40,120 bases of DNA. Origin: Eledone cirrhosa (taxonomy: Eukaryota). The DNA is taken from positions 1 to 40,120 of the forward strand of contig CAXHJY010001395.1 of assembly GCA_964016885.1 (NCBI GenBank), read 5' to 3'. Position numbers and translations under genes: made by a program. This document shows positions 1 through 11,899 of this stretch, piece after piece. Under the pieces are notes generated by a model. It searched no databases and was not told where the DNA came from. It was given only the letters and a program-made list of their open reading frames with translations. Position 1 is the stretch's first letter. The number at the start of each line of letters is the position of its first letter.

Positions 1-45
<45 letters not shown>

Positions 46-122
46 ATATATATATATATATATATAGATATATATATATATATATATATATATAGATATA
101 TATATATATATATATATATATA

Positions 123-155
<33 letters not shown>

Positions 156-681
156 TAATTGTTTATATGTGTTTATATTTACGTGGGCGGCGGCGGTGTT
201 GTTGTTGTTGACTGAGGGGTGGGGGAGCATTGGTGACATTGCTACATTATACGTTCCTTCATTTGGTTGTTTATACCTGTTGGCAGTGAGGTGGAGGTAG
301 GGGGGGGGGTTAATGGTGGTGGTGGTGCTGGGGGGTTAATGGTGGTGGTGCTGGTGCTGGGGGGTTAATGGTGGGGGAGGGGGTTAATGGTGGTGGTGGT
401 GGGGGTGTGGGGTGTGGGGTTAATGGGGGGAGTTAATGGTGGTGGTGGTGGTGGTGCTGGTGCTGGGGGTTAATGGTGGTGGTGCTGGTGGTGGTGGTGG
501 TGCTGGGGGTTAATGATGGTGGTGGTGGTGGTGGTGCTGGGGGGTTAATGGTGCTGGTGGTGGTGCTGGGGGTTAATGGTGGGGGGGGGGGGGTAATGGT
601 GGTGTTGGTGGTAGTGACGGTGGTGATGATGTCTGTATATATTATATATAGTGTATATATTTATATATATAGTGTGTATAT

Positions 682-720
<39 letters not shown>

Positions 721-877
721 TAGATATATACATATATATATAGATATAGATATATATACATATATATATATAGCCTGTATATATAGTGTATATATTTATA
801 TATATATAGTGTGTATATATAATGTGTATATATATAGCCTGTATATATAGTATATATATATATAGTCTGTATATATA

Positions 878-950
<73 letters not shown>

Positions 951-959
951 GTATATATA

Positions 960-1014
<55 letters not shown>

Positions 1015-1050
1015 GTATATATATATAGTGCATATATATAGTGTATATAT
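1..1050. repeat. (TA)n microsatellites flanking a G-rich (GGT)n/GGGGTTAAT low-complexity tract (~290-630)
   Basis: Direct inspection: (TA)n at 1-153 and ~636-1050; GGT-rich repeat between them. Confidence 0.95.
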
Positions 1051-1083
1051 TTTCTAGTCTACATTAAGCTACTGTTTAACCAA

Positions 1084-1280
1084 CACACCAGTTCTATATA
1101 CACCAGTTCTATATACACCTACAGCACACCAGTTCTATATACACCAGTTCTATATACACCACTTCTATATACACCTACAACACACCACTTCTATATACAC
1201 CACTTCTATCTACACCAGTTCTATATACACCACTTCTATCTACACCAGTTCTATATACACCACTTCTATATACACCTACA
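1084..1280. repeat. ~15-bp tandem repeat (ACACCASTTCTATMT)
   Basis: acaccagttctatat / acaccacttctatct units in tandem, interrupted by acacctaca. Confidence 0.9.
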
Positions 1281-1349
1281 AGCTGTTTTTCACGGGACAC
1301 TCTTCTACACACCTCAACCGCAATAAATACAATCAGCAAAATTCTTCCT

Positions 1350-2362
1350 TCTCTCTCTCACACACATACACACTCTCTTCTACCTCTCTCACACACACAC
1401 ACGCCCCTTCTACCTCTCTCACACACACACACTCTCTTCTACCTCTCTCACACACACACACTCTCTTCTCTCTCTCTCACACACACACACTCTCTTCTCT
1501 CTCTCACACACACTCTCTTCTCTCTCACACACACACACTCCCCTTCTACCTCTCACACACACACACTCCCCTTCTACCTCTCTCACACACACACTCTCTT
1601 CTACCTCTCTCACACACACACACTCTCTTCTCTCTCTCTCACACACACACACTCTCTTCTCTCTCTCACACACACTCTCTTCTCTCTCTCTCACACACAC
1701 ACACTCTCTTCTCTCTCTCACACACACACACTCCCCTTCTACCTCTCTCACACACACACTCTCTTCTCTCTCTCTCACACACACACTCTTCTCTCTCTCA
1801 CACACACACACTCTCTTCTCTCTCTCTCACACACACTCTCTTCTCTCTCTCTCACACACACACTCCCCTTCTACCTCTCTCACACACACTCCCTTCTACC
1901 TCTCACACACACACACTCTCTTCTCTCTCTCACACACACACACTCCCTTCTACCTCTCACACACACACACTCTCTTCTCTCTCTCTCACACACACTCTCT
2001 TCTCTCTCTCACACACACACACTCTCTTCTCTCTCTCACACACACACACTCCCCTTCTACCTCTCACACACACACTCCCCTTCTACCTCTCTCACACACA
2101 CACTCTCTTCTACCTCTCTCACACACACACACTCTCTTCTCTCTCTCTCACACACACACACTCTCTTCTCTCTCTCACACACACTCCCCTTCTACCTTTC
2201 ACACACACACACTCTCTTCTCTCTCTCACACACACACACACTCTCTTCTCTCTCTCACACACACACACTCCCTTTCTACCTCTCTCACACACACACTCTC
2301 CTTCTACCTCTGCCTCTCTCTCACACACTCTCCCTTTATCTCTGCCTCTCTCTCTCTCTCTC
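1350..2362. repeat. Compound (CT)n/(CA)n minisatellite
   Basis: Units such as ctctcttctctctctcacacacaca and ctccccttctacctctctcacacaca repeated for ~1 kb. Confidence 0.95.
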
Positions 2363-2420
2363 AGCCAGTCAATATTCTACACTTTCCATCAGTTTTCTCA
2401 TTTATTTTCATTATTCCTAA

Positions 2421-2521
2421 TAGTTGTTATTGTTGTCGGTGTTGTTGTTGTTGTTGTTGTCGGTGTTGTTGTTGTTGTTGTCGGTGTTGTTGTTGTTGTT
2501 GTTGTCGGTGTTGTTGTTGTG
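2421..2521. repeat. (GTT)n microsatellite
   Basis: gttgttgtt with gtcggt interruptions. Confidence 0.9.
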
Positions 2522-2680
2522 TGTGTATGTATACTCGATTTGGTGCCCGACCCCACAGTTAGACCACCGGGAGTGAGAGTCCCTAGTTCTTAAGACGTTG
2601 TTCTAGGAGAAGGAAAACTTATGTAAATCCTGTGACTTGATGGTAGCCAATGATGTTGACCAGTTCTTCTGTTTGGATAC

Positions 2681-5600
2681 CTGTCACCATTGTTGGGAGA
2701 GTGGCATTGGTCCAGTGTAAGGCCTTTCTTGTCACCATTGTTGGGAGAGTGGCATTGGTCCAGTGTAAGGCCTTTCTTGTCACCATTGTTGGGAGAGTGG
2801 CATTGGTCCAGTGTAAGGCCTTTCTTGTCACCATTGTTCAGAGAGTGGCATTGGTCCAGTGTAAGGCCTTTCTTGTCACCATTGTTCAGAGAGTGGCATT
2901 GGTCCAGTGTAAGGCCTTTCTTGTCACCATTGTTCAGAGAGTGGCATTGGTCCAGTGTAAGGCCTTTCTTGTCACCATTGTTCAGAGAGTGGCATTGGTC
3001 CAGTGTAAGGCCTTTCTTGTCACCATTGTTCAGAGAGTGGCATTGGTCCAGTGTAAGGCCTTTCTTGTCACCATTGTTCAGAGAGTGGCATTGGTCCAGT
3101 GTAAGGCCTTTCTTGTCACCATTGTTCAGAGAGTGGCATTGGTCCAGTGTAAGGCCTTTCTTGTCACCATTGTTGGGAGAGTGGCATTGGTCCAGTGTGA
3201 AGCCTTTCTTGTCACCATTGTTGAGAGAGTGACATTGGTCCAGTGTAAGGCCTTTCTTGTCACCATTGTTGAGAGAGTGACATTGGTCCAGTGTAAGGCC
3301 TTTCTTGTCACCATTGTTGGGAGAGTGGCATTGGTCCAGTGTGAAGCCTTTCTTGTCACCATTGTTGAGAGAGTGGCATTGGTCCAGTGTAAGGCCTTTC
3401 TTGTCACCATTGTTGAGAGAGTGACATTGGTCAAGTGAAAGGCCTTTCTTGTCACCATTGTTCAGAGAGTGGCATTGGTCCAGTGTAAGGCCTTTCTTGT
3501 CACCATTGTTGGGAGAGTGGCATTGGTCCAGTGTAAGGTCTTTCTTGTCACCATTGTTGGGAGAGTGACATTGGTCCAGTGTAAGGCCTTTCTTGTCACC
3601 ATTGTTGGGAGAGTGGCATTGGTCCAGTGTGAAGCCTTTCTTGTCACCATTGTTGGGAGAGTGGCATTGGTCCAGTGTAAGGCCTTTCTTGTCACCATTG
3701 TTGGGAGAGTGGCATTGGTCCAGTGTGAAGCCTTTCTTGTCACCATTGTTGGGAGAGTGGCAGCATTGGTCCAGTGTAAGGTCTTTCTTGTCACCATTGT
3801 TGGGAGAGTGGCATTGGTCCAGTGTAAGGCCTTTCTTGTCACCATTGTTGGGAGAGTGACATTGGTCCAGTGTAAGGTCTTTCTTGTCACCATTGTTGAG
3901 AGAGTGGCATTGGTCCAGTGTAAGGCCTTTCTTGTCACCATTGTTGGGAGAGTGACATTGGTCCAGTGTAAGGCCTTTCTTGTCACCATTGTTGGGAGAG
4001 TGGCATTGGTCCAGTGTAAGGCCTTTCTTGTCACCATTGTTGGGAGAGTGGCATTGGTCCAGTGTAAGGTCTTTCTTGTCACCATTGTTGGGAGAGTGGC
4101 ATTGGTCCAGTGTAAGGCCTTTCTTGTCACCATTGTTGGGAGAGTGGCATTGGTCCAGTGTAAGACCTTTCTTGTCACCATTGTTGGGAGAGTGGCATTG
4201 GTCCTGTGTAAGGCCTTTCTTGTCACCATTGTTGGGAGAGTGACATTGGTCCAGTGTAAGGCCTTTCTTGTCACCATTGTTGGGAGAGTGGCATTGGTCC
4301 TGTATAATGTCTTTCTTGTCACCATTGTTGAGAGAGTGGCATTGGTCCAGTGTAAGGCCTTTCTTGTCACCATTGTTGGGAGAGTGGCATTGGTCCTGTA
4401 TAATGTCTTTCTTGTCACCATTGTTGGGAGAGTGGCATTGGTCCAGTGTAAGATCTTTCTTGTCACCATTGTTGGGAGAGTGGCATTGGTCCAGTGTAAG
4501 GCCTTTCTTGTCACCATTGTTGGGAGAGTGGCATTGGTCCAGTGTAAGGCCTTTCTTGTCACCATTGTTGAGAGAGTGACATTGGTCAAGTGTAAGGTCT
4601 TTCTTGTCACCATTGTTGAGAGAGTGACATTGGTCAAGTGTAAGGTCTTTCTTGTCACCATTGTTGGGAGAATGGCATTGGTCCAGTGTAAGGCCTTTCT
4701 TGTCACCATTGTTGGGAGAGTGACATTGGTCCAGTGTAAGGCCTTTCTTGTCACCATTGTTGGGAGAGTGGCATTGGTCCAGTGTAAGGCCTTTCTTGTC
4801 ACCATTGTTGGGAGAGTGGCATTGGTCCAGTGTAAGGCCTTTCTTGTCACCATTGTTGGGAGAGTGGCATTGGTCCAGTGTAAGGCCTTTCTTGTCACCA
4901 TTGTTGGGAGAGTGACATTGGTCCAGTGTAAGGCCTTTCTTGTCACCATTGTTGGGAGAGTGGCATTGGTCCTGTATAATGTCTTTCTTGTCACCATTGT
5001 TGGGAGAGTGGCATTGGTCCAGTGTAAGGCCTTTCTTGTCACCATTGTTGGGAGAGTGGCATTGGTCCAGTGTAAGGCCTTTCTTGTCACCATTGTTGGG
5101 AGAATGGCATTGGTCCAGTGTAAGGCCTTTCTTGTCACCATTGTTGGGAGAGTGGCATTGGTCCAGTGTAAGGCCTTTCTTGTCACCATTGTTGGGAGAG
5201 TGGCATTGGTCCAGTGTAAGGCCTTTCTTGTCACCATTGTTGGGAGAGTGGCATTGGTCCTGTATAATGTCTTTCTTGTCACCATTGTTGGGAGAGTGGC
5301 ATTGGTCCAGTGTGAAGCCTTTCTTGTCACCATTGTTGGGAGAGTGGCAGCATTGGTCCAGTGTAAGGTCTTTCTTGTCACCATTGTTGGGAGAGTGGCA
5401 TTGGTCCAGTGTAAGGCCTTTCTTGTCACCATTGTTGGGAGAGTGACATTGGTCCAGTGTAAGGTCTTTCTTGTCACCATTGTTGAGAGAGTGGCATTGG
5501 TCCAGTGTAAGGCCTTTCTTGTCACCATTGTTGGGAGAGTGACATTGGTCCAGTGTAAGGCCTTTCTTGTCACCATTGTTGAGAGAGTGACATTGGTCAA

Positions 5601-7008
5601 GTGTAAGGTCTTTCTTGTCACCATTGTTGAGAGAGTGACATTGGTCAAGTGTAAGGTCTTTCTTGTCACCATTGTTGGGAGAATGGCATTGGTCCAGTGT
5701 AAGGCCTTTCTTGTCACCATTGTTGGGAGAGTGACATTGGTCCACTGTAAGGCCTTTCTTGTCACCATTGTTGGGAGAGTGGCATTGGTCCAGTGTAAGG
5801 CCTTTCTTGTCACCATTGTTGGGAGAGTGGCATTGGTCCAGTGTAAGGCCTTTCTTGTCACCATTGTTGGGAGAGTGACATTGGTCCAGTGTAAGGCCTT
5901 TCTTGTCACCATTGTTGAGAGAGTGACATTGGTCAAGTGTAAGGTCTTTCTTGTCACCATTGTTGAGAGAGTGACATTGGTCAAGTGTAAGGTCTTTCTT
6001 GTCACCATTGTTGGGAGAATGGCATTGGTCCAGTGTAAGGCCTTTCTTGTCACCATTGTTGGGAGAGTGGCATTGGTCCAGTGTAAGGCCTTTCTTGTCA
6101 CCATTGTTGGGAGAGTGGCATTGGTCCAGTGTAAGGCCTTTCTTGTCACCATTGTTGGGAGAGTGGCATTGGTCCAGTGTAAGGCCTTTCTTGTCACCAT
6201 TGTTGGGAGAGTGACATTGGTCCAGTGTAAGGCCTTTCTTGTCACCATTGTTGGGAGAGTGGCATTGGTCCAGTGTAAGGCCTTTCTTGTCACCATTGTT
6301 GGGAGAGTGGCATTAGTCCAGTGTAAGGCCTTTCTTGTCACCATTGTTGGGAGAGTGGCATTGGTCCAGTGTAAGGCCTTTCTTGTCACCATTGTTGGGA
6401 GAGTGGCATTGGTCCAGTGTAAGGCCTTTCTTGTCACCATTGTTGGGAGAGTGACATTGGTCCAGTGTAAGGCCTTTCTTGTCACCATTGTTGGGAGAGT
6501 GGCATTGGTCCAGTGTAAGGCCTTTCTTGTCACCATTGTTGGGAGAGTGGCATTGGTCCAGTGTAAGGCCTTTCTTGTCACCATTGTTGGGAGAGTGGCA
6601 TTGGTCCAGTGTAAGGCCTTTCTTGTCACCATTGTTGGGAGAGTGGCATTGGTCCAGTGTAAGGCCTTTCTTGTCACCATTGTTGAGAGAGTGACATTGG
6701 TCCAGTGTAAGGCCTTTCTTGTCACCATTGTTGAGAGAGTGGCATTGGTCCAGTGTAAGGCCTTTCTTGTCACCATTGTTGAGAGAGTGACATTGGTCCA
6801 GTGTAAGGCCTTTCTTGTCACCATTGTTGAGAGAGTGACATTGGTCCAGTGTAAGGCCTTTCTTGTCACCATTGTTGAGAGAGTGACATTGGTCAAGTGT
6901 AAGGCCTTTCTTGTCACCATTGTTGAGAGAGTGACATTGGTCAAGTGTAAGGCCTTTCTTGTCACCATTGTTGGGAGAGTGGCATTGGTCCAGTGTAAGG
7001 CCTTTCTT
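2681..7008. repeat. 48-bp tandem satellite, ~90 copies
   Basis: Unit tgtcaccattgttgggagagtggcattggtccagtgtaaggcctttct. Two units (~3760, ~5348) carry a 3-bp insertion, and variant blocks are duplicated as higher-order repeats. Confidence 0.98.
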
Positions 7009-7090
7009 CACCTATAAAAGCTTCAATCACAGGCCTCACTTGATTTAAACGACATTCACGTGTGTTGTGTGAGCATGGCGTTTTCTTTTT

Positions 7091-7124
7091 GATGGCTGCA
7101 ACTCTGCTAAAAGTTGCAGCCATC
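7091..7124. repeat. Perfect 13-bp inverted repeat (hairpin)
   Basis: GATGGCTGCAACT-ctgctaaa-AGTTGCAGCCATC. Confidence 0.85.
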
Positions 7125-7269
7125 ACTTGTCAGATTATAGAGTTTGGTGCACTTTTAGGCTACGGGCAGCCACACGAACATGTAACATATCCTGAACAAG
7201 TAATGTCTGTGCTTTGAAGGTTTTATAAATATATATATACATACATACATACATTCATACATACCTATG

Positions 7270-7360
<91 letters not shown>

Positions 7361-7448
7361 CAAAGATTAATATGGTTCATTGATTACTCAATGAATATAG
7401 TTTTACAATAGATTAAAAGCACTCTACAAAAAAGTTTTCTGGAGTTAT

Positions 7449-7677
7449 TAATATTATTCAGAATATTAATAAATGAAGAATTCACATAATCAAAATATAT
7501 GTTTTATTATATATATTTCGAAGGTACTGTGCTGTTTTTTTTCAGTACGTCCTCGTCTGTATTTTATCTGACGAGGACGTACTGAAAAAACAGCACAGTA
7601 CCTTCGAAATATATATAATAAAACATATATTTTGATTATGTGAATATCTTCATTTATTAATATTCTGAATAATATTA
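7449..7677. repeat. Long DNA palindrome (~109-bp arms, 12-nt spacer) in a (TA)n-flanked island; probable PLE pLTR remnant
   Basis: 7449-7557 is the near-perfect reverse complement of 7570-7677; a hammerhead overlaps the spacer and right arm. Confidence 0.9.
7562..7623 (+). ncRNA. Minimal type I hammerhead ribozyme
   Basis: Stem I TTTTAT/ATAAAA; core CTGACGA (7568-7574); stem II GGACGTACTG/CAGTACCTTC; GAAA (7606-7609); palindromic loop TATATA; UA cleavage site after 7617. Confidence 0.8.
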
Positions 7678-7705
7678 TATATATATATATATTATATTAT
7701 TCCTC

Positions 7706-7781
<76 letters not shown>

Positions 7782-7789
<8 letters not shown>

Positions 7790-7968
7790 TAAAACATGTC
7801 TATAGAATCGCCAGATAAAATATTTACCGTTTCGGAGATTTCTTCATAGGAGCCTTTATTCTTATAGCTTGGTCTAATTGATTTTTTATATGGTTAATTA
7901 TACTAATTGGGAGAAGAAATGGTATATATTTTATCTGGCGATTCTATAGACATGTTTTATGATATATA
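7782..7968. repeat. Inverted repeat (~47-bp arms, ~92-bp spacer) with a degenerate hammerhead-like trace on the minus strand
   Basis: 7782-7828 vs 7921-7968 reverse complement with one mismatch. The minus strand reads cctatgaagaaatctccgaaacggta (eroded CUGAUGA...CGAAAC). Confidence 0.75.
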
Positions 7969-8071
7969 GCTCTGATTATTTAATTTATTAATTCTTCATT
8001 GAGCCACAAAGTGACCCGTTGCAAAACACATATATATTTATGACTTTATATATATATATATATGTAAACCT

Positions 8072-8120
<49 letters not shown>

Positions 8121-8196
8121 TTTATCCCAGGTTCAATCGGGGGTAACCATATATATATATATATATATATACGAGTATATATATATATGTGTGTGT

Positions 8197-8227
<31 letters not shown>

Positions 8228-8230
<3 letters not shown>

Positions 8231-8433
8231 CGAAGGAAATGTGGTAAGGAACCAGGTGGACCATAACGCACCAAAGTACTCAATACTTGAGGTAGTAGAG
8301 TGGGTAATAGAAACGAGTAAGACCCCGACAGCTGAGCTCAAGCCGTTTCGACGGCTAATTCTGGACATATATAATAGAGTCCAGAATTAGCCGTCGAAAC
8401 GGCTTGAGCTCAGCTGTCGGGGTCTTACTGGTT

Positions 8434-8438
<5 letters not shown>
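8228..8438. mobile_element. TA-embedded element, copy 1, ending in a palindrome (8307-8438) containing hammerhead 3' halves
   Basis: Near-identical to 10221-10404. Arms flank a 12-nt spacer (8367-8378); motif GAAACGGCTTGAGCTCAGCTGTCGGGGTC. Confidence 0.8.
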
Positions 8439-8477
<39 letters not shown>

Positions 8478-8586
8478 CTTATGGTTTCATGCCTTCTGAT
8501 AAAGCCCATCCAGGCTTAATTTAGAGAGTGGGTCACGGGTTGATTTAGCAGAAATCATGAGTGAAAATTGGAATTCGCTTTAGGGT

Positions 8587-8745
8587 GTTTCAGAAGATCC
8601 CGTTAAGGGTGAAAGCACCGATTCTTTGCTTAAACTTTAATCTGTTATTTTAATAAATATTTGCTCTACGGTTCTTATATATTTGATATATATTTATCCT
8701 TATCGAGCCCGCTTTGATTTTAGCCTTCACATTTATTATTATTAC
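8587..8745 (+). mobile_element. Interspersed microsatellite-tailed element, copy 1, with a core-variant hammerhead (8587-8635)
   Basis: Highly similar to 20483-20640. GTTT-CAGAAGA-TCCCGTTAAGGGT-GAAA-GCA...TGC-TT-AAAC has hammerhead topology with CAGAAGA in place of CUGANGA. Confidence 0.65.
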
Positions 8746-8746
8746 T

Positions 8747-8777
<31 letters not shown>

Positions 8778-8944
8778 GAGAGAGATTTTTGAGTATATGT
8801 TGGTTGTATACCAACACCTCAATATGCAGATTGGAGCACTCGACGAAGTGCGCAGGTTAGTTTGGTTACTCCGGAGTAATGTAAAATAAAATAAAATAAA
8901 ATAAAATAAATAAGTCAAATGTTTAAAATTTAGCTTCGTTTATT

Positions 8945-9000
8945 ACTGTTATATATATTTCGGTGACAGCCATCTTTGGCTGTGACTTTCTTCAGGCAGT
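8945..9000 (-). ncRNA. Minimal type I hammerhead ribozyme (antisense arm copy, slightly mutated)
   Basis: Minus strand: ACTGC-CTGAAGA-AAGTCACAGCCAAAGATGGCTGTCACC-GAAA-TATATA-TA-ACAGT. Core intact; mismatches at the bases of stems I and II. Confidence 0.65.
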
Positions 9001-9069
9001 CCGAATTAGTGTGGTATAGACAAGTACACCTCAACAACATATGTACTTGTCTATACCACACTAATTCGG

Positions 9070-9124
9070 ACTGCCTGAAGAGGTCACAGCCAAAGATGGC
9101 TGTCACCGAAATATATATAGCAGT
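9070..9124 (+). ncRNA. Minimal type I hammerhead ribozyme
   Basis: Stem I ACTGC/GCAGT; CTGAAGA (9075-9081); stem II GGTcACAGCC/GGCTGTcACC; GAAA (9108-9111); TATATA loop; UA cleavage site after 9119. Confidence 0.85.
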
Positions 9125-9160
9125 AATAAACGAAGCTAAATTTTAAACATTTGACTTATT

Positions 9161-9287
<127 letters not shown>

Positions 9288-9539
9288 GGAAAAAATGAAA
9301 CGAAATTTCATTTCCCACTCTTAGTACGGCTGTTACTTAAATATAAGTATGTACACGTACACACATATATGTATACAGACGTCCAGCAGTATGTATATAT
9401 ATATACATATAGTATATATATACAGTAGTATGTATATATATATACATACATGCACACATATATATATGCAAATTGGGCTACTCAGCCGTTATTATGCATA
9501 AGGTAAGTATATACGTTCAACAATCTGGCAGGAAGTTAT

Positions 9540-9582
9540 ACGTTGCTGACGATAGTTAATAAGCTTGAAACTAGTACAGCGT
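9540..9582 (+). ncRNA. Minimal type I hammerhead ribozyme
   Basis: Stem I ACGTTG/CAGCGT; CTGACGA (9546-9552); stem II AGTT-aata-AGCT with U-U at the base; GAAA (9567-9570); palindromic A-CTAG-T; cleavage after UA at 9576. Lies in a TA-flanked island ~9468-9700. Confidence 0.78.
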
Positions 9583-9890
9583 TCCTTTGTCAGTGTTGAA
9601 CAAACGAGCAACAATGGTTGCTGGACACTACGGCTTAATACGGGATGTTTGTTTACAAAGACACCGAGCATTGTAATAAATGCTCGGTGAATCCATACGT
9701 ACATATATATATATGTGTGCATGTATGTATATATATATATACATACTACTGTACGTCTGTATACATACACACATATATATATATATTCATTGAAGTTAGT
9801 GGTCCACTTTAAAGGAATTTCAACTTTCTGGCCTCCTGTCATTTTATTCAATAATTATATAAATATTCGTATATATATATGTGTGTGTAC

Positions 9891-9975
<85 letters not shown>

Positions 9976-9977
9976 GA

Positions 9978-10110
<133 letters not shown>

Positions 10111-10136
10111 CGAGTATATATACATATATGTGTGTG

Positions 10137-10172
<36 letters not shown>

Positions 10173-10220
10173 CGAGTATATATATATATGTGTGTGTGTA
10201 CATATATATATATATATATA

Positions 10221-10401
10221 CAACGAAGGAAATGTGGTAAGGAACCAGGTGGACCATAACGCACCAAAGTACTCAATACTTGGGGTAGTAGAGTGGGTAA
10301 TAGGAACCAGTAAGACCCCCGACGGCTGAGCTCAAGCCGTTTCGACGGCTAATTAGCCGTCGAAACGGCTTGAGCTCAGCCGTCGGGGTCTTACTGGTTC
10401 C

Positions 10402-10404
<3 letters not shown>
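10221..10404. mobile_element. TA-embedded element, copy 2, ending in a spacerless palindrome (10300-10404)
   Basis: Same sequence as 8228-8438; palindrome centre gctaa|ttagc at 10352/10353. Confidence 0.8.
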
Positions 10405-10435
<31 letters not shown>

Positions 10436-10461
10436 CGAGTATATATATATATGTGTGTGTG

Positions 10462-10507
<46 letters not shown>

Positions 10508-10591
10508 CGAGTATATATATATATAATGGCATTCCTGTTTTAACGACATCACAACTTTCTCCGCTTAGCCTGTTCCCCCCCTTTGGAACTT

Positions 10592-10627
10592 TCCCCCGTT
10601 GATGGGCGTGAGCCCGAAATATTGGGA
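10592..10627 (+). ncRNA. Degenerate hammerhead-like motif
   Basis: TCCCccg-TTGAT-GGGC-GTGA-GCCC-GAAA-TATT-GGGA: stem II with GNRA loop and GAAA intact, 5' core eroded; lies in a TA-flanked island. Confidence 0.4.
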
Positions 10628-10824
10628 TTAAATCTCCACTACGGTAACTCTTCTACCTTTGTTTTGTTTTCATCTTTGTCTCTCTCTATTTTCACTTTCT
10701 CCTATTTCTCCTATCTATCATTCACTTCCTACCTCGAGATTTCCCTCTGTATTGTTGTGGCTTTCTACACTACGTATTTTACACATTTCACAATGCTTCA
10801 AGCAAACTTTAACACCCTCATATC

Positions 10825-10870
<46 letters not shown>

Positions 10871-10966
10871 GCAATTGAGGTGAAATGTTTTACATTCATC
10901 AAGTGGTTATATTACTCCACTTGAAAGGTTTTATAAAAATATTTGAACTTTACAACTTTACAAGAT

Positions 10967-11372
10967 GTGGTGGTGGCGGTGGAATGGTGGCGGTGGAATG
11001 GTGCTGGTGGTGATGGAGTTGTGGTGGTGGTGGTGGTGTTGGTGGTGGTGGTGGTGGTGGTGGTGGAGGTGGTGTAGTGGTGGTGGTGGTGTAGTGGTGG
11101 TGGTGGTGGTGGTTGTTTAGTGGTGGTGGTGGTGGCGGTGGCGGTGGTGCTGTAGTGGTGGTGGTGGTGTAGGTAGTAGTGGTGTAGTGGTGGTGGTGGT
11201 GGTGGCGTAGTGGTGGTGATGGTGGTGGTGGTGGTGATGTAGTGGAGGTGGTGGTAGTAGTAGTAGTAGCAGCAGCAGTAGTCGTAGCAGTAGTAGTAGT
11301 ACTAGTAGTAGTAGTAGTACTACCAGCAGTAGTAGTAGTAGTAGTAGCAGCAGCAGTAGTGGTGGTGGTAGC
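10967..11372. repeat. (GGT)n grading into (AGT)n/(AGC)n microsatellite
   Basis: Direct inspection. Confidence 0.95.
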
Positions 11373-11603
11373 TACAAGGTACGGTAGTGTGATAGTCGTT
11401 TATATATCTCTACTACGTTGACATATTAGCAGTCTCAGCTATGCTTTCGCCCCTGCCAGGTAGGTGTTATTATAATTACATAGATATACACCTATATATA
11501 TATATACACCTATATATATATATATATATATATATTGGTGTATATATAATGGTGTATATATATATATATATACACACACACACATATATATATATATAAA
11601 GTT

Positions 11604-11655
11604 TCAGGACCCCGACGGCTGAGCTCCGGCCGTCTCAACTGCTCTCCATTCTGAA
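11604..11655 (-). mobile_element. Short TA-embedded fragment of the half-hammerhead family
   Basis: Minus strand gttgagacggccggagctcagccgtcggggtcctga; homologous to 8379-8428, 12836-12880, 14775-14825 and 31906-31960. Confidence 0.7.
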
Positions 11656-11791
11656 ATATATATATATATATACACACACACATATATATGTGTATGTGTT
11701 TATGTGTCTGTGTGTATATGTGTGTGTATACGCGCGCGATCTACCAGCTCTGTCTCTCTCTCTCACTCTTTGTATATATGTATATATATAG

Positions 11792-11862
<71 letters not shown>

Positions 11863-11899
11863 TATACACACGTGTGCGTGTGTCTATTCGAAGACAGGA

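Noticed and set aside
290-620. GGGGTTAAT repeats as telomeric sequence
   Set aside because: Not tandem TTAGGG; embedded in a (GGT)n low-complexity tract.
473-2328. ORFs rich in YI, VC or RE dipeptides (also at 8-15 kb, 27 kb and 34.5 kb)
   Set aside because: Translations of (TA)n, (CA)n, (GA)n and (GGTA)n microsatellites with no coding signal.
2681-7008. CRISPR-like appearance of regular repeats (also 27531-27830 and 28215-28699)
   Set aside because: Units are head-to-tail with no unique spacers, there are no cas genes, and the context is eukaryotic.
2650-7017. Plus-strand ALVQCKAFLVTIVGRV and minus-strand MVTRKALHWTNATLPT giant ORFs
   Set aside because: Alternative frames of the 48-bp satellite; recurring variants are non-synonymous or create stops in these frames.
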